DNA of 64,000 nt from an uncultured Verrucomicrobiae bacterium (GCA_963764165.1 CAVXRD010000002.1:480001-544000); one strand, 5' to 3'. Positions 24,205 through 33,816 are shown, counted from the stretch's first letter. Notes: generated from the letters alone by a model not told the origin. Numbers and translations: made by a program.

Positions 24205-24402
24205 TTATGCTTCGTTGCAAAGGCCGCGCGAACCCCACGAATTGTGTTCGCCCAATAACCGTGCCTCGGCTGCCGACCAGCCCTCGACATCGTGCCCCGG
24301 CTCCGAGTTGCGGTTTACGTAATTAAAATAGGCCAGTTTGGCTAATGTCATTCCATGCCGGCGAGAAATCACTATTACTTCTATTGAGGTTCGAAATCGC
24401 AA
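24205..24402 (-). pseudogene. Degenerate DUF2934-like paralog
   Basis: AKLAYFNYVN...PGHDVEGWSAAEARLL aligns by eye with 22775-23032; no clear start. Confidence 0.5.
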
Positions 24403-24500
24403 CGGGACGTGATTCGCCGCCTGGCATTTCGTTTCGATCCCAGGCGATGCTGCAATCTTTCATAAACGGAAATATTTGACAGGGCAACGCGCTCCAAGGA

Positions 24501-24806
24501 TCAAGTCACGGTCAAAACAGAGTTTCTTCCTCCAAATGCGTTGGGCACAGTTTCTCTAGCTGTCGGATCGGGCATCCATTGGCCGTCCACCACCAGGCAA
24601 TATTCATACTTCCCCGGAGCCAAAACGGTTTCCTTATACCAATGGCCTGCGGTTGATGGATGCAGTGTTTTGTTCTCAGGCTGCCAATGGTTAAATGTTC
24701 CCGCGAGGCAAACGGTTTTGGCCGTCGGATGAGTGAATTCAAAGCGGACGGACACCAATTGGGAGTTGGCGGCAGGGGTGTTGCTGTGGTTTTTGTTGTG
24801 TTTCAT
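24501..24806 (-). CDS. Stand-alone glycogen-binding (AMPK-beta/CBM48-like) protein
   Basis: AGTFNHW, LAPGKYEY..VVDGQW..DP, NAFGGRNS. Confidence 0.88.
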   Translation of the reverse strand: MKHNKNHSNTPAANSQLVSVRFEFTHPTAKTVCLAGTFNHWQPENKTLHPSTAGHWYKETVLAPGKYEYCLVVDGQWMPDPTARETVPNAFGGRNSVLTVT

Positions 24807-24842
24807 AATTGTTGACGATTCCTCTTCATTGGAGTGTTTCGT

Positions 24843-25388
24843 TTATAGTGTTGTCACCAGTTCCGGATGGATTGCCTGATGGTGCTCCATCGTTTCCGGA
24901 TTGGTGCCTTCAAGCATTTCTTTGGCCCCGGCTATTTCCTCCTGGGAACCGTGAGCAAGCAGAAGAAATTTGTCGGTTTTGAGAGCCGTTTGGTACTGCA
25001 AGATACTGTCTTTAGGAATTCCAAGACCATAAAGGCCCGCCCCCAGCGCGCTCAATCCGCCGAACACGACAGCGCCCTCCAGTGCCCCGAGAAGCCAACC
25101 AACGACTGGCCCGGCCATCGCCATCGGCCCGATGCCCGGAATCAAAAAGAAACCGGCACCGAGAAACCAGCCCCATATCCCGCCCCAGAAAGCTCCTCTC
25201 TTTCCCCAAGCCTTCATTCGGTCGCCGGCATTGTAATAGCCGACCACATGTTCATCGGTGTGATACTCACGTCCGACAATCGACAATTTCTTCATGTCGA
25301 AACTGGACCGCTGCAATTCTTTGACAGCCGCCTCGGCAGCCGTGTGCGATGGATATATCGCCACAATGGACTCATTTTTGGCCATCAT
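24843..25388 (-). CDS. General stress / glycine-zipper membrane protein
   Basis: AEAAVKELQ..FDMKKLSIVG, IPGIGP..AGP, LGIPKD. Confidence 0.75.
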   Translation of the reverse strand: MMAKNESIVAIYPSHTAAEAAVKELQRSSFDMKKLSIVGREYHTDEHVVGYYNAGDRMKAWGKRGAFWGGIWGWFLGAGFFLIPGIGPMAMAGPVVGWLLGALEGAVVFGGLSALGAGLYGLGIPKDSILQYQTALKTDKFLLLAHGSQEEIAGAKEMLEGTNPETMEHHQAIHPELVTTL

Positions 25389-25534
25389 AATTTTTCTTTC
25401 TTTGCGCGCTTTTGGATTTGTCGCCATTGGAACCTTAATGCTTGGATCGGGGTTTTAACATACGGTGTTCTCCCCACGAAGGAGTGCCGACAGACGTCTC
25501 TGAACATACAATTCGGCGTAACCCGACTAAACTT

Positions 25535-25554
25535 CCCCACTACCCATTAACGCA
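25535..25554 (-). other. Candidate oriT nic site
   Basis: Minus strand TGCGTTAATGGGTAGTGGGG, about 30 bp upstream of the relaxase, resembles MOBF nic cores (TGCGT...GT). Confidence 0.35.
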
Positions 25555-25582
25555 GGCGACTTTGAACATCGTACTTTGGGTC

Positions 25583-28471
25583 ATGCTTTCGCCCAAAGCG
25601 CAATACAGCCTGGCTGACGCCAAACGGTACTTCAGGGAACACCTGTCGGCTGGTGAGTATTACGCGGAAGGCCAACAAGTCCGGGGCCAATGGTACGGCA
25701 AAGGGGCGGCAGAATTAGGACTGACGGGCGTCACGAATGTCGAACAGTTTGAGCGGCTCTGCGATAATCTTCATCCGCAAACGGGCCAGCGCCTGACGCT
25801 GCGCCAGAAAACTACCCGGACGGAATCGGATGTGGACGGCACGGAGCATGAGTACGCCAACCGCCGGGTGTTTTATGATTTCACCATATCGCCGCCAAAG
25901 TCGGTTTCCATCGCCGCCCTGGTCGGCAACGACCGGCGGATTGTCGAGGCCCACGAGCGGGCGGTGACGATGGCAATGGAGCAATTGCAAACCTTTGCCT
26001 CCACTCGCATCCGCAAGGATGGCCAATGTACAGACCGCACGACGGGCAACATAGTCGCCGCCACGTTTCGCCACGGCACATCGCGGGCGCTGGACCCGCA
26101 CTTGCACACCCACTGCATTGTCTTCAACGCCACTTATGACGCGGTGGAAGCTCGATGGAAGGCATTGCAGAACCATGACATGCTCGTGGCGCAAAAGTTC
26201 GTCGAGAACGTCTATTACCACGAACTGGCGCGGTCGCTACAGGAATTTGGTTATGAAGTCGGGAGTCGGAATGTCGGCGATTTTCAGATCAAAGGCATTT
26301 CCAAGGAGCTTCGTGATTTGTTCTCCAAACGTCACCGGCAGATTGACGAGAAGACCCGCGAGTTGCTGGCCCGCCAACCTGAAAAAGCCGATGGCAACAT
26401 CGCCGCCATTCGGGAGCATATCTCCCACAAGGAACGCGATAGGAAAGTCCCGGAAATTGGGTTGTCCCGATTGCAGGCCCACTGGGATGATCAAATGACT
26501 TTGGAACAATGGAAATCGTTGCGGAATCTCATTCATGTCCAACCGACGAGTCGGGAGGACGCGAAGGTTGTGGCGGGGCGAGCGGTCGCGTGGGCGGAAG
26601 AACACTTGTTTGACAGGCGTTCGGTGGTCCATGAACACGAGCTTTGGCGGCACGCGCTCGGCTATGCCAGAGGCCAAAACGTGGCTTTGAAGGATATTCA
26701 ATCCGTCACCGGCAAACGTGATTATATCCGCGACGAAAAACATCCGGGCAAAGTTACGACCCGCGAGCATTTGCTCCGGGAATGGGAGATTGTGGACATG
26801 GTTCACAGGGGTCTGCGCCGCCATCATTCTTTCCGCCCGGATTATCATTGCGCCAATCCTTCCCTGGATGCGGAGCAACGACTGGCGGTGGAAAGAATTT
26901 TGGTATGGTGCGGCTTTGTCGCCGTTTTCCGTGGCGGAGCGGGCACTGGCAAAAGTTTCACACTCCGGGAAGTCGAGAAAGCATTGAAAGAGACGGGCCG
27001 GGCCGTCCACGTAATCGCGCCGCAACGCCAACAGGTCATGGACTTGGAAAAAGACGGCTTTCAGAATGTCGAGACGGTCAGTGCCTTTTTGGCGAAAGGC
27101 AGTTTGGAGGCGCAATCGGTCATCATTGTGGATGAGGCCGGGCAGATCGGTGGCAAACAGATGCACACGCTGTTGGAATTCGCCCTGGCGAACGAGAGCC
27201 GCGTGATTCTCTCCGGCGACACCCGCCAGCACGGCGCGGTCGAGGCGGCGGACGCTCTGCGGGCTATTGAAAAGTATTCAGGTGTGCGTCCCATCGAATT
27301 GACCACCATTCGCCGTCAGAATCCAGAACTGGCTAAAACCATCGAGGAACGCGAATGGATCAAACAATACAGACAGGCCGTGGCCGAAGCGCAGGACGGC
27401 AAGTTCGCCGAATCCTTTAATCGTCTGGATAGACAAGGAGCCATCGTCCAATGCAGCTTGGCTGACCAGCATCAAAAGCTGGCGGAACATTACCTGGCGC
27501 TGGCGAAAAACCATCAATCCATAGTGGTCGTCTCCCAAAGCTGGAATGAGATTCATCAGGTCAATGAACAGATTCGTCTGGCTCTCAAAGGCGAAAAACT
27601 GGTGGGCGAGGCTGACAAAGTCCTGACGACATTTCAGCCGGTGGATATGACGGACGCGCAAAAGCGCGATAAACGGTCTTACGATGAAAACTCCGTGGTG
27701 GTCTTCAACCGCAACGTGCGCGGCTTCAAAGCGGGCGAGGCGGCGCGATTGCAGGCCATTACCGAAACGCATGTGGTCGTTGAAAACGAGGGGCATCGCG
27801 TCTCGATACCGTTCAAGCATCTCGACCGAATCACGGTTTGCCAGACCAGGGAATTGGCCTTGGCATCGGGCGACCGGCTGCTCTTGAAGGCCAATGGCCG
27901 CAGCGAAGATGACCGGAAGCTGGCCAACGGCGAACTGGTCACGATCAAGGAAATCCACGAGGATGGCCGCATCGCGCTCGCCGATGGCCGGACGCTTTCC
28001 CCACAATTCCGCCAGTTCGTGCGCGGCTACGCCGTCACGTCCTATGCCTCGCAAGGCAAATCGGTTGATCATGTGTTGTTCTCAGATTCAGCGGTGAAGG
28101 CGGCGACGAACCAACAGCAATGGTATGTGACCATTTCGCGCGGTCGTAAGGGCGTCCAGATTTTCACAGCCGACAAAATCCAGCTTCGCCAAAACGTCCT
28201 CCGCTTCGGGGGCCGCGAACTGGCCTTGGACATCGCCAAAGAATCCTCCGTTCATGCGCTGGCAAAGGCTTGGGGCCGCGATATTGGATACGTCTTGAAT
28301 GTCCAGCATTCGCAGCGTCAAACCGCGCAGCGCCGGGCTGAATTGCTTCAGCGGGCAGAAGTTCAGGAAAGATCCGTATCTGCCCAGCAATCGCAAACCG
28401 TTCGGACGGCGCGGAAAATTAACCCCGCGTACAAGCACAATCAAAATTATGGAGGAGGCATCGGAGTATGA
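25583..28471 (+). CDS. mobF: MobF (TrwC/TraI-like) relaxase-helicase
   Basis: MLSPK start, EYY catalytic Tyr, DFTISPPKSVS, DPHLHTH, GGAGTGKS, VDEAG, YASQGKSVD. Confidence 0.95.
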   Translation: MLSPKAQYSLADAKRYFREHLSAGEYYAEGQQVRGQWYGKGAAELGLTGVTNVEQFERLCDNLHPQTGQRLTLRQKTTRTESDVDGTEHEYANRRVFYDFTISPPKSVSIAALVGNDRRIVEAHERAVTMAMEQLQTFASTRIRKDGQCTDRTTGNIVAATFRHGTSRALDPHLHTHCIVFNATYDAVEARWKALQNHDMLVAQKFVENVYYHELARSLQEFGYEVGSRNVGDFQIKGISKELRDLFSKRHRQIDEKTRELLARQPEKADGNIAAIREHISHKERDRKVPEIGLSRLQAHWDDQMTLEQWKSLRNLIHVQPTSREDAKVVAGRAVAWAEEHLFDRRSVVHEHELWRHALGYARGQNVALKDIQSVTGKRDYIRDEKHPGKVTTREHLLREWEIVDMVHRGLRRHHSFRPDYHCANPSLDAEQRLAVERILVWCGFVAVFRGGAGTGKSFTLREVEKALKETGRAVHVIAPQRQQVMDLEKDGFQNVETVSAFLAKGSLEAQSVIIVDEAGQIGGKQMHTLLEFALANESRVILSGDTRQHGAVEAADALRAIEKYSGVRPIELTTIRRQNPELAKTIEEREWIKQYRQAVAEAQDGKFAESFNRLDRQGAIVQCSLADQHQKLAEHYLALAKNHQSIVVVSQSWNEIHQVNEQIRLALKGEKLVGEADKVLTTFQPVDMTDAQKRDKRSYDENSVVVFNRNVRGFKAGEAARLQAITETHVVVENEGHRVSIPFKHLDRITVCQTRELALASGDRLLLKANGRSEDDRKLANGELVTIKEIHEDGRIALADGRTLSPQFRQFVRGYAVTSYASQGKSVDHVLFSDSAVKAATNQQQWYVTISRGRKGVQIFTADKIQLRQNVLRFGGRELALDIAKESSVHALAKAWGRDIGYVLNVQHSQRQTAQRRAELLQRAEVQERSVSAQQSQTVRTARKINPAYKHNQNYGGGIGV

Positions 28472-28821
28472 GCCTGAATATGAGAGCATTCGATGATCGT
28501 CTATCGTGTTATGAACTGAGCCGTCAAGTGATGGGCTACCATGTGCCCTTGGACAACGTAAGGTTGGAACTGACTCCCAGCCGGTTTTACTTGCTGCCTT
28601 ATCACCATTTGGAAGTCGCCGAGTTCGAGTCGGCCCATGAAGGCGACATGATTTCCCTTTCATTTGTCAACCATAAGGTGCGAATCACCGGCCGCAATCT
28701 GCGCGACCTGGCCGTTGCTTTTCAGGAACGCGCCGTCGTGTCGGTCACACCCGTGCCGGAACGGTACGGCGCATTGGGGGAATGTGTGCAGGGCTTGGTT
28801 GACTCAATCCAGATTGAGTAA
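28468..28821 (+). CDS. Hypothetical protein coupled to the relaxase
   Basis: ATGA overlap with relaxase stop, GGAGG upstream. Confidence 0.65.
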   Translation: MSLNMRAFDDRLSCYELSRQVMGYHVPLDNVRLELTPSRFYLLPYHHLEVAEFESAHEGDMISLSFVNHKVRITGRNLRDLAVAFQERAVVSVTPVPERYGALGECVQGLVDSIQIE

Positions 28822-28898
28822 AGGATTTCGGTCGGCGGGTGTTCGTGGTGCTTGCAGGAAGCGCGAGCGGACCCGATTCCGCCCGCGCCATTTCTGCA

Positions 28899-29150
28899 TT
28901 ACCCGCCAAACGGGCCGCTGCCGTCGTTGGGCGGCTCGATTTCCCACCGAATGACGGGCGGAACTTCCGACAGCCCCGTAGGTGGTCGTATAACCAAGAT
29001 GAAGGTGTGGTTGCCTTTCGTCTTCTTCCGCTCCGCCCGTTGCCCCAAATGCCAGGCAATGAACGGGACGGCAACATACACGAAAAGGCCGGAAACAAAC
29101 GTCCCGTGTTCCCGCAATAGCCAGTCAATCAAACGAAATATCGGATTCAT
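28899..29150 (-). CDS. Small membrane hypothetical protein
   Basis: GGAGG RBS directly after integrase stop; one TM segment. Confidence 0.5.
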   Translation of the reverse strand: MNPIFRLIDWLLREHGTFVSGLFVYVAVPFIAWHLGQRAERKKTKGNHTFILVIRPPTGLSEVPPVIRWEIEPPNDGSGPFGG

Positions 29151-29159
29151 GCTGCCTCC

Positions 29160-30239
29160 TTATTCGTTGACAGCTTGCGCCGCGAGTTGTGTCAGGTTGC
29201 TTGCAGGCTGTGCCGCCGCATTTACGCGCGGCATCGGCACTATCTTCCGCTCGTAATCCTCCAGCGATGGCACGATAACCTGCGCTTTTTTGGAATAAGC
29301 CCTGGCGATGGCCTTGGAACTGTGCCCAAGCGCCTGCTGGGCGAACCGCTCTGGCATTCCCACTGTCTTCGCCCGCTCGGCCCATGCGTAGCGATAGCTG
29401 TGCAAGGAAATGCCGGTGATGCCAACGGTTTTGAGCCGCTTGATAAACATCTTTGCCCGGTGGTTCTCCTGAATCCGCGCCATGCGTGGAAACAATGGGC
29501 CTTTTTTCGGCAACGATTCCAATAGCGCGGCGACATCCGCGCCGAAGGTGATAATGACCGGGACGTTGGTCTTGCCCCGACGGTAGGAAATTGTGCGGTC
29601 TTTCCAATCCACGTCCTCGCCGGTCAATTCCGCCATATCAGTCTGCGAGCCGCCCAGGTGCCACAGGAGTTGGTAATACGCCCGGATTTCCGGGTTGTGC
29701 TCCCGGTCAATGATCGCCTGATGCTCGTCCGCTGTAATCGCCTTCCGGTCTTTATGCCTCACTGGCGGCCAGTGAAGTTTCGGCAGGACCGGCCAAGGAA
29801 GCCAGTGCATCCCAACTGCGAAATTGTGCAGGCGGCGCAAAAACATATTCGTTGAGACGGTTCCCGAATTGAGAACCTGCAAAAAAAGCTCGGACGCCGT
29901 TTCCATGAGTTTGCGGTGGCGGATGAGGTCGAAGGCTTTGTCCCGCATCGCCGCTATCCATCGGCGTTGGGTTGGGCCGGTTTTGAGCGGGGCCATTGCG
30001 TCCATGACATCCTGCCATGTCCGTTTGGCCATGACGGGGTCGCCGTGTTGCAAGTAAGCCTGGGCGATTTGCAGGTTGATGGCGGGCTGGCGCACGGCCT
30101 GATTTTTGGCCTCGACGATCTGCCGGGCGGCGTCCTCGTTCGTGGTGTTAAGGCTGGCGCGTTTGCCAGTGACTTTGTCAAAGCAATAATACATCCCACC
30201 CCGGATGCCACGATGAACTAAGCGGTAACGTGTATTCAT
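29160..30239 (-). CDS. Tyrosine recombinase/integrase
   Basis: RRGKT, HSYRY, ALGH, C-terminal Tyr (ARAY); next to a tRNA. Confidence 0.9.
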   Translation of the reverse strand: MNTRYRLVHRGIRGGMYYCFDKVTGKRASLNTTNEDAARQIVEAKNQAVRQPAINLQIAQAYLQHGDPVMAKRTWQDVMDAMAPLKTGPTQRRWIAAMRDKAFDLIRHRKLMETASELFLQVLNSGTVSTNMFLRRLHNFAVGMHWLPWPVLPKLHWPPVRHKDRKAITADEHQAIIDREHNPEIRAYYQLLWHLGGSQTDMAELTGEDVDWKDRTISYRRGKTNVPVIITFGADVAALLESLPKKGPLFPRMARIQENHRAKMFIKRLKTVGITGISLHSYRYAWAERAKTVGMPERFAQQALGHSSKAIARAYSKKAQVIVPSLEDYERKIVPMPRVNAAAQPASNLTQLAAQAVNE

Positions 30240-30345
30240 AATTTCCTCACGTAACCGCGATGATAAACTACCCGAAGCCCGGACCGTTAGCGGGTAGTCG
30301 GAGAGTTATCCTCCGTTACCCCTGTTTAAAGCGGGCACACAAGTT

Positions 30346-30367
30346 GGTGTCCGTTTCGGTGTCCGTT
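30346..30367. repeat. Direct repeat GGTGTCCGTT x2, candidate integrase arm sites
   Basis: Copies at 30346-30355 and 30358-30367 between integrase and tRNA. Confidence 0.55.
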
Positions 30368-30413
30368 GCCGACCATCTGCCACCTAAACCATTGTTGCAC
30401 TAGCAGTTAGGAA

Positions 30414-30489
30414 TGGAGCCAGTTGCCGGATTTGAACCGGCGACCCACGCTTTACGAAAGCGTTGCTCTACCAACTGAGCTAAACTGGC
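30414..30489 (-). tRNA. tRNA-Thr(CGT)
   Basis: Cloverleaf GCCAGTT...AACTGGC-TCCA, anticodon loop TTCGTAA, 76 nt. Confidence 0.97.
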
Positions 30490-30598
30490 TTACCGAAGGG
30501 GACGGACTCTAATCCACACCCGCCTTCCGGGCAAGCGGTTTTCACAATGATTTTGAATTGCGTCCCGGTTATGACGGACTGCTTGGAGTCTCGCTGGG

Positions 30599-30627
30599 AA
30601 AAAAATAGGCGCCCCACACGGGGCGCC
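30599..30627 (-). terminator. Intrinsic terminator-like hairpin
   Basis: GGCGCCCC-4nt-GGGGCGCC followed by a T-run on the minus strand. Confidence 0.55.
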
Positions 30628-30795
30628 CCATGAAAACTAACTCTACTGCGTGATTAGCTTAGGCTTGCCTTAATACTTTGTCTGCAAGGAGAAAGCCGGT
30701 TTTCGTTGTAATGCGTTACCTCACAAATGCCCACCCGCCTCTCGCCTCATTTCCGGCGTGACCGCAAGGGGCTATCGTGTATGTTCCCCGTTGTC

Positions 30796-31542
30796 ATGAC
30801 GACCGACGACGCCATCAAGCTCCTTAACCAGTTCCGCGCGGGTTCCATCTCGCTGGAGGCTGCGGTGCGGGCTTTTCAGGCGCCGCCGGTGGCCGATCTC
30901 GGCTTCGCCCAAGTCGATTCGCATCGGGCTTTGCGCAAGGGGTTTGGCGAGGTGATTTACGGGAAAGGCAAGACGCCCGGGCAAATCGTCGAAATTGCAA
31001 AGCGAATCCTTCAAAACGAACCGCGCGTCCTCATCACCAGGCTTGAACCGGACGCCGCGATGTTTGTCAAAAAGAAACTGAAGAACGCTCGCCACCATGC
31101 GGCGGCCCGGTGCGTCATCGTTGATCCGAAACCGCTCCCGAAACGTCCCGGCGTCATCGCGGTTCTTTGCGCGGGAACGAGTGATTTGCCGGTGGCGGAG
31201 GAAGCCGCCCTTACCGCGGATGTGATGGGGAATGAAGTCGAACGCATTTATGATATTGGCGTCGCGGGGTTGCATCGGCTTTTGAACAAACTGGAGCAAA
31301 TCCAGAAGGCGCGCGTCATCATCGCGGTGGCGGGCATGGAGGGCGCTCTGCCAAGCGTCGTTTCGGGACTCGTCAGCCGGCCAGTGATTGCGGTGCCGAC
31401 CAGTGTTGGTTATGGCGCGAATTTTGCCGGGTTGGCGCCGCTGCTGGGCATGCTGAATTCCTGCAGCAGCGGCGTGACGGTGGTGAATATTGACAACGGT
31501 TTCGGCGCCGGTTACGCGGCCAGCCAGATTAACTCGCTTTGA
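30796..31542 (+). CDS. larB: Nickel-pincer cofactor biosynthesis protein LarB
   Basis: EVIYGKGKT, AGTSDLPVAEE, AGMEGALPSV, VNIDNGFGA; start uncertain. Confidence 0.93.
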   Translation: MTTDDAIKLLNQFRAGSISLEAAVRAFQAPPVADLGFAQVDSHRALRKGFGEVIYGKGKTPGQIVEIAKRILQNEPRVLITRLEPDAAMFVKKKLKNARHHAAARCVIVDPKPLPKRPGVIAVLCAGTSDLPVAEEAALTADVMGNEVERIYDIGVAGLHRLLNKLEQIQKARVIIAVAGMEGALPSVVSGLVSRPVIAVPTSVGYGANFAGLAPLLGMLNSCSSGVTVVNIDNGFGAGYAASQINSL

Positions 31543-32940
31543 ATGAAAACGCTTTTTCTGGATATTTTCAGCGGCATTAGCGGCGATATGTTTTTGGGCG
31601 CGATGCTCGATCTCGGGATGCCGTTCGAGCATCTTCAGCGCGAATTGACCAAATTGCCGGTCAGCGGCTATCACCTGCACACATCGCGCGCGAAGCGGTT
31701 TCAAATCGAAGGCGCGAAGTTCGAGGTGCATTTGAAACACTCGCATGACCATGACGACAAACACGAACACGAACACGACCATGCCCGCGAAAGCGAACAC
31801 TCGCACGGGCACATGCGCGAACATGCTCATTCGCACTCACACAGCCAGAACCCAATTTTATTCCAATTTCATGTTCATCCCCATGCGCACGAACACCAGC
31901 CCGGCGGTGAATCTCATGAACACCCGCACGGGCACGAGCACGGGCGCAGTTACGCCGAAATTCGGAAGCTGATCGGGAACAGCTCATTGTCAGGCTGGGT
32001 GAAAGCCAAAGCGCTGGCCGTTTTCCATCGCGTGGCTGTGGCCGAGGCGAAGATTCACGGGCAAACAGTCGAGGATGTTCATTTTCACGAAGTCGGCGCG
32101 GTTGATTCGATTGTTGACATCGTGGGCGCTTGCGTGGCGCTGGAATTTTTCGACCAGCCGCGCGTGCTGGCCTCGGCGGTGGTCGACGGCAACGGATGGA
32201 TTGATTGCGCCCACGGGCGCTTTCCCATCCCTGCTCCGGCGACGCTGGAAATTCTTGCTGCGCGCGCTATTCCGATTTCACAGTGCGACGAACCGAACGA
32301 GCTCATCACTCCCACAGGCGCGGCGTTGCTGGCGGAATTTGTAGAATCCTTCGGTCCGATGGCGGGGCTTGCGCCGGAGCGCATTGGTTTCGGCGTCGGA
32401 GGGCGCGATAACAAAACACGCCCTAACGTCCTCCGCGCCATCTTGGGAAGCAGCGCCTCCACGCCCACCGCGAACGATTGGGAAACCGACACCATCGCCA
32501 TCTTGGAAACCAATATCGACGACGGGAATCCCGAATGGCTCGGCCACCTGGTGGAAAAAGTCATGGCCGCGGGGGCGCTGGACGTTTGCCAAACACCGGT
32601 GCTGATGAAAAAAAACCGTCCCGGGGTTCTATTGACAATCTTGTGCGAGCCGGAAAAAGCCGATACATTCAGCGAATGGATATTGCGAAACACGAGCGCG
32701 TTCGGAGTCCGGCGGACATTGGCCGAACGCCGGAAATTGCGGCGCGAGTTCCGGACGGTGTCAACGCCCTTCGGCGCGGTTGCGATAAAAATCGGCTCGC
32801 TCAATGGCGGGATTTTGCAGACCGCGCCGGAGTATGAATCGTGCAAAAAATTGGCGGAGGAAAAAGGCGTGCCGATAAAAACGGTTTATGAAGCTGCGCT
32901 CGCCGCGGTCATCGCGGAACGCGGGCCATCCCCAGCATGA
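31543..32940 (+). CDS. larC: Nickel insertase LarC, single ORF with His-rich insert
   Basis: SGISGDMFLGA, HFHEVGAVDSIVD, TPTGAA, ETNIDD, MKKNRPG, PEYE. Confidence 0.95.
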   Translation: MKTLFLDIFSGISGDMFLGAMLDLGMPFEHLQRELTKLPVSGYHLHTSRAKRFQIEGAKFEVHLKHSHDHDDKHEHEHDHARESEHSHGHMREHAHSHSHSQNPILFQFHVHPHAHEHQPGGESHEHPHGHEHGRSYAEIRKLIGNSSLSGWVKAKALAVFHRVAVAEAKIHGQTVEDVHFHEVGAVDSIVDIVGACVALEFFDQPRVLASAVVDGNGWIDCAHGRFPIPAPATLEILAARAIPISQCDEPNELITPTGAALLAEFVESFGPMAGLAPERIGFGVGGRDNKTRPNVLRAILGSSASTPTANDWETDTIAILETNIDDGNPEWLGHLVEKVMAAGALDVCQTPVLMKKNRPGVLLTILCEPEKADTFSEWILRNTSAFGVRRTLAERRKLRREFRTVSTPFGAVAIKIGSLNGGILQTAPEYESCKKLAEEKGVPIKTVYEAALAAVIAERGPSPA

Positions 32941-33662
32941 GCCAACCCAGCCCCATCCGAGTGGCGATCGAGCCCTGCCTGGCGGTGGTCATCCCTGTTT
33001 TCAACGAGGCATCCACCATTGCCAACGTCCTCGCCACCGTGGTGAGGCAGCCGCTGGTGAAGGAAATTATTATTGTTGACGATGCCTCCCGCGATAAAAC
33101 ATGGGAAACGCTGCAGGCGCTGCTCGCGCAATACCCCATCATCCGGCTTTTCCAGCACACGTTCAACCAGGGCAAAGGCGCCGCGCTGCGGACGGGCTTC
33201 GCCAAGGTGACCGCGCCGCTGGCCATCGTGCAGGACGCGGATCTTGAATACGACCCCGCCGATTACGCCGCGCTCTGCCGCCCCATTCTCGCGGGCAAGG
33301 CGGATGTGGTGATGGGTTCGCGCTTCGTCGGCACCGGCGAGCATCGCGTGCTCTATTACTGGCATTCAGTGGGAAACCGCTTCCTGACAATGCTCTCCAA
33401 CATGGCGACGGACATCAACCTGACCGACATGGAGACGGGCTACAAAGTGTTCCGCCGCGAGATCATTCAGAACGTGGTCATCGAGGAAAACCGATTCGGA
33501 TTCGAGCCCGAAATCGTCGCCAAGGTGAGCAAGCTGGGAGTGCGCATTTACGAGGTGCCGATTTCCTACCACGGCCGCACTTATGCCGAGGGCAAAAAGA
33601 TCGGCTGGCGCGACGGAATCAGCGCTTTTCGCTGCATTTTCAAATATAATTTCTTAAGGTAG
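32937..33662 (+). CDS. GT2 glycosyltransferase (DPM1-like)
   Basis: IPVFNE, VDDAS, QDADLEYDP, DMETGYK, FEPE. Confidence 0.92.
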   Translation: MSQPSPIRVAIEPCLAVVIPVFNEASTIANVLATVVRQPLVKEIIIVDDASRDKTWETLQALLAQYPIIRLFQHTFNQGKGAALRTGFAKVTAPLAIVQDADLEYDPADYAALCRPILAGKADVVMGSRFVGTGEHRVLYYWHSVGNRFLTMLSNMATDINLTDMETGYKVFRREIIQNVVIEENRFGFEPEIVAKVSKLGVRIYEVPISYHGRTYAEGKKIGWRDGISAFRCIFKYNFLR

Positions 33663-33741
33663 GGACGCCGAGGCGCCAGGGGCCATGGAGTTTTTTTGCT
33701 TGCCTCGCTCCGAACCCCTCTCTACGATGCCGGGCAGTGAG

Positions 33742-33816
33742 GCGCGGTTAGCTCAGTGGTAGAGCATCACCTTGACACGGTGGGGGTCACAGGTTCAAGC
33801 CCTGTATCGCGCACCA
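33742..33816 (+). tRNA. tRNA-Val(GAC)
   Basis: Cloverleaf, anticodon loop TTGACAC, CCA end. Confidence 0.97.

Noticed and set aside
25442..25582. N-terminal extension of the relaxase ORF
   Set aside because: MobF relaxases begin at the MLS motif; this stretch is better read as oriT/promoter.
31733..31945. His-rich repeat in larC as a novel element
   Set aside because: His-rich segments are a known LarC feature.
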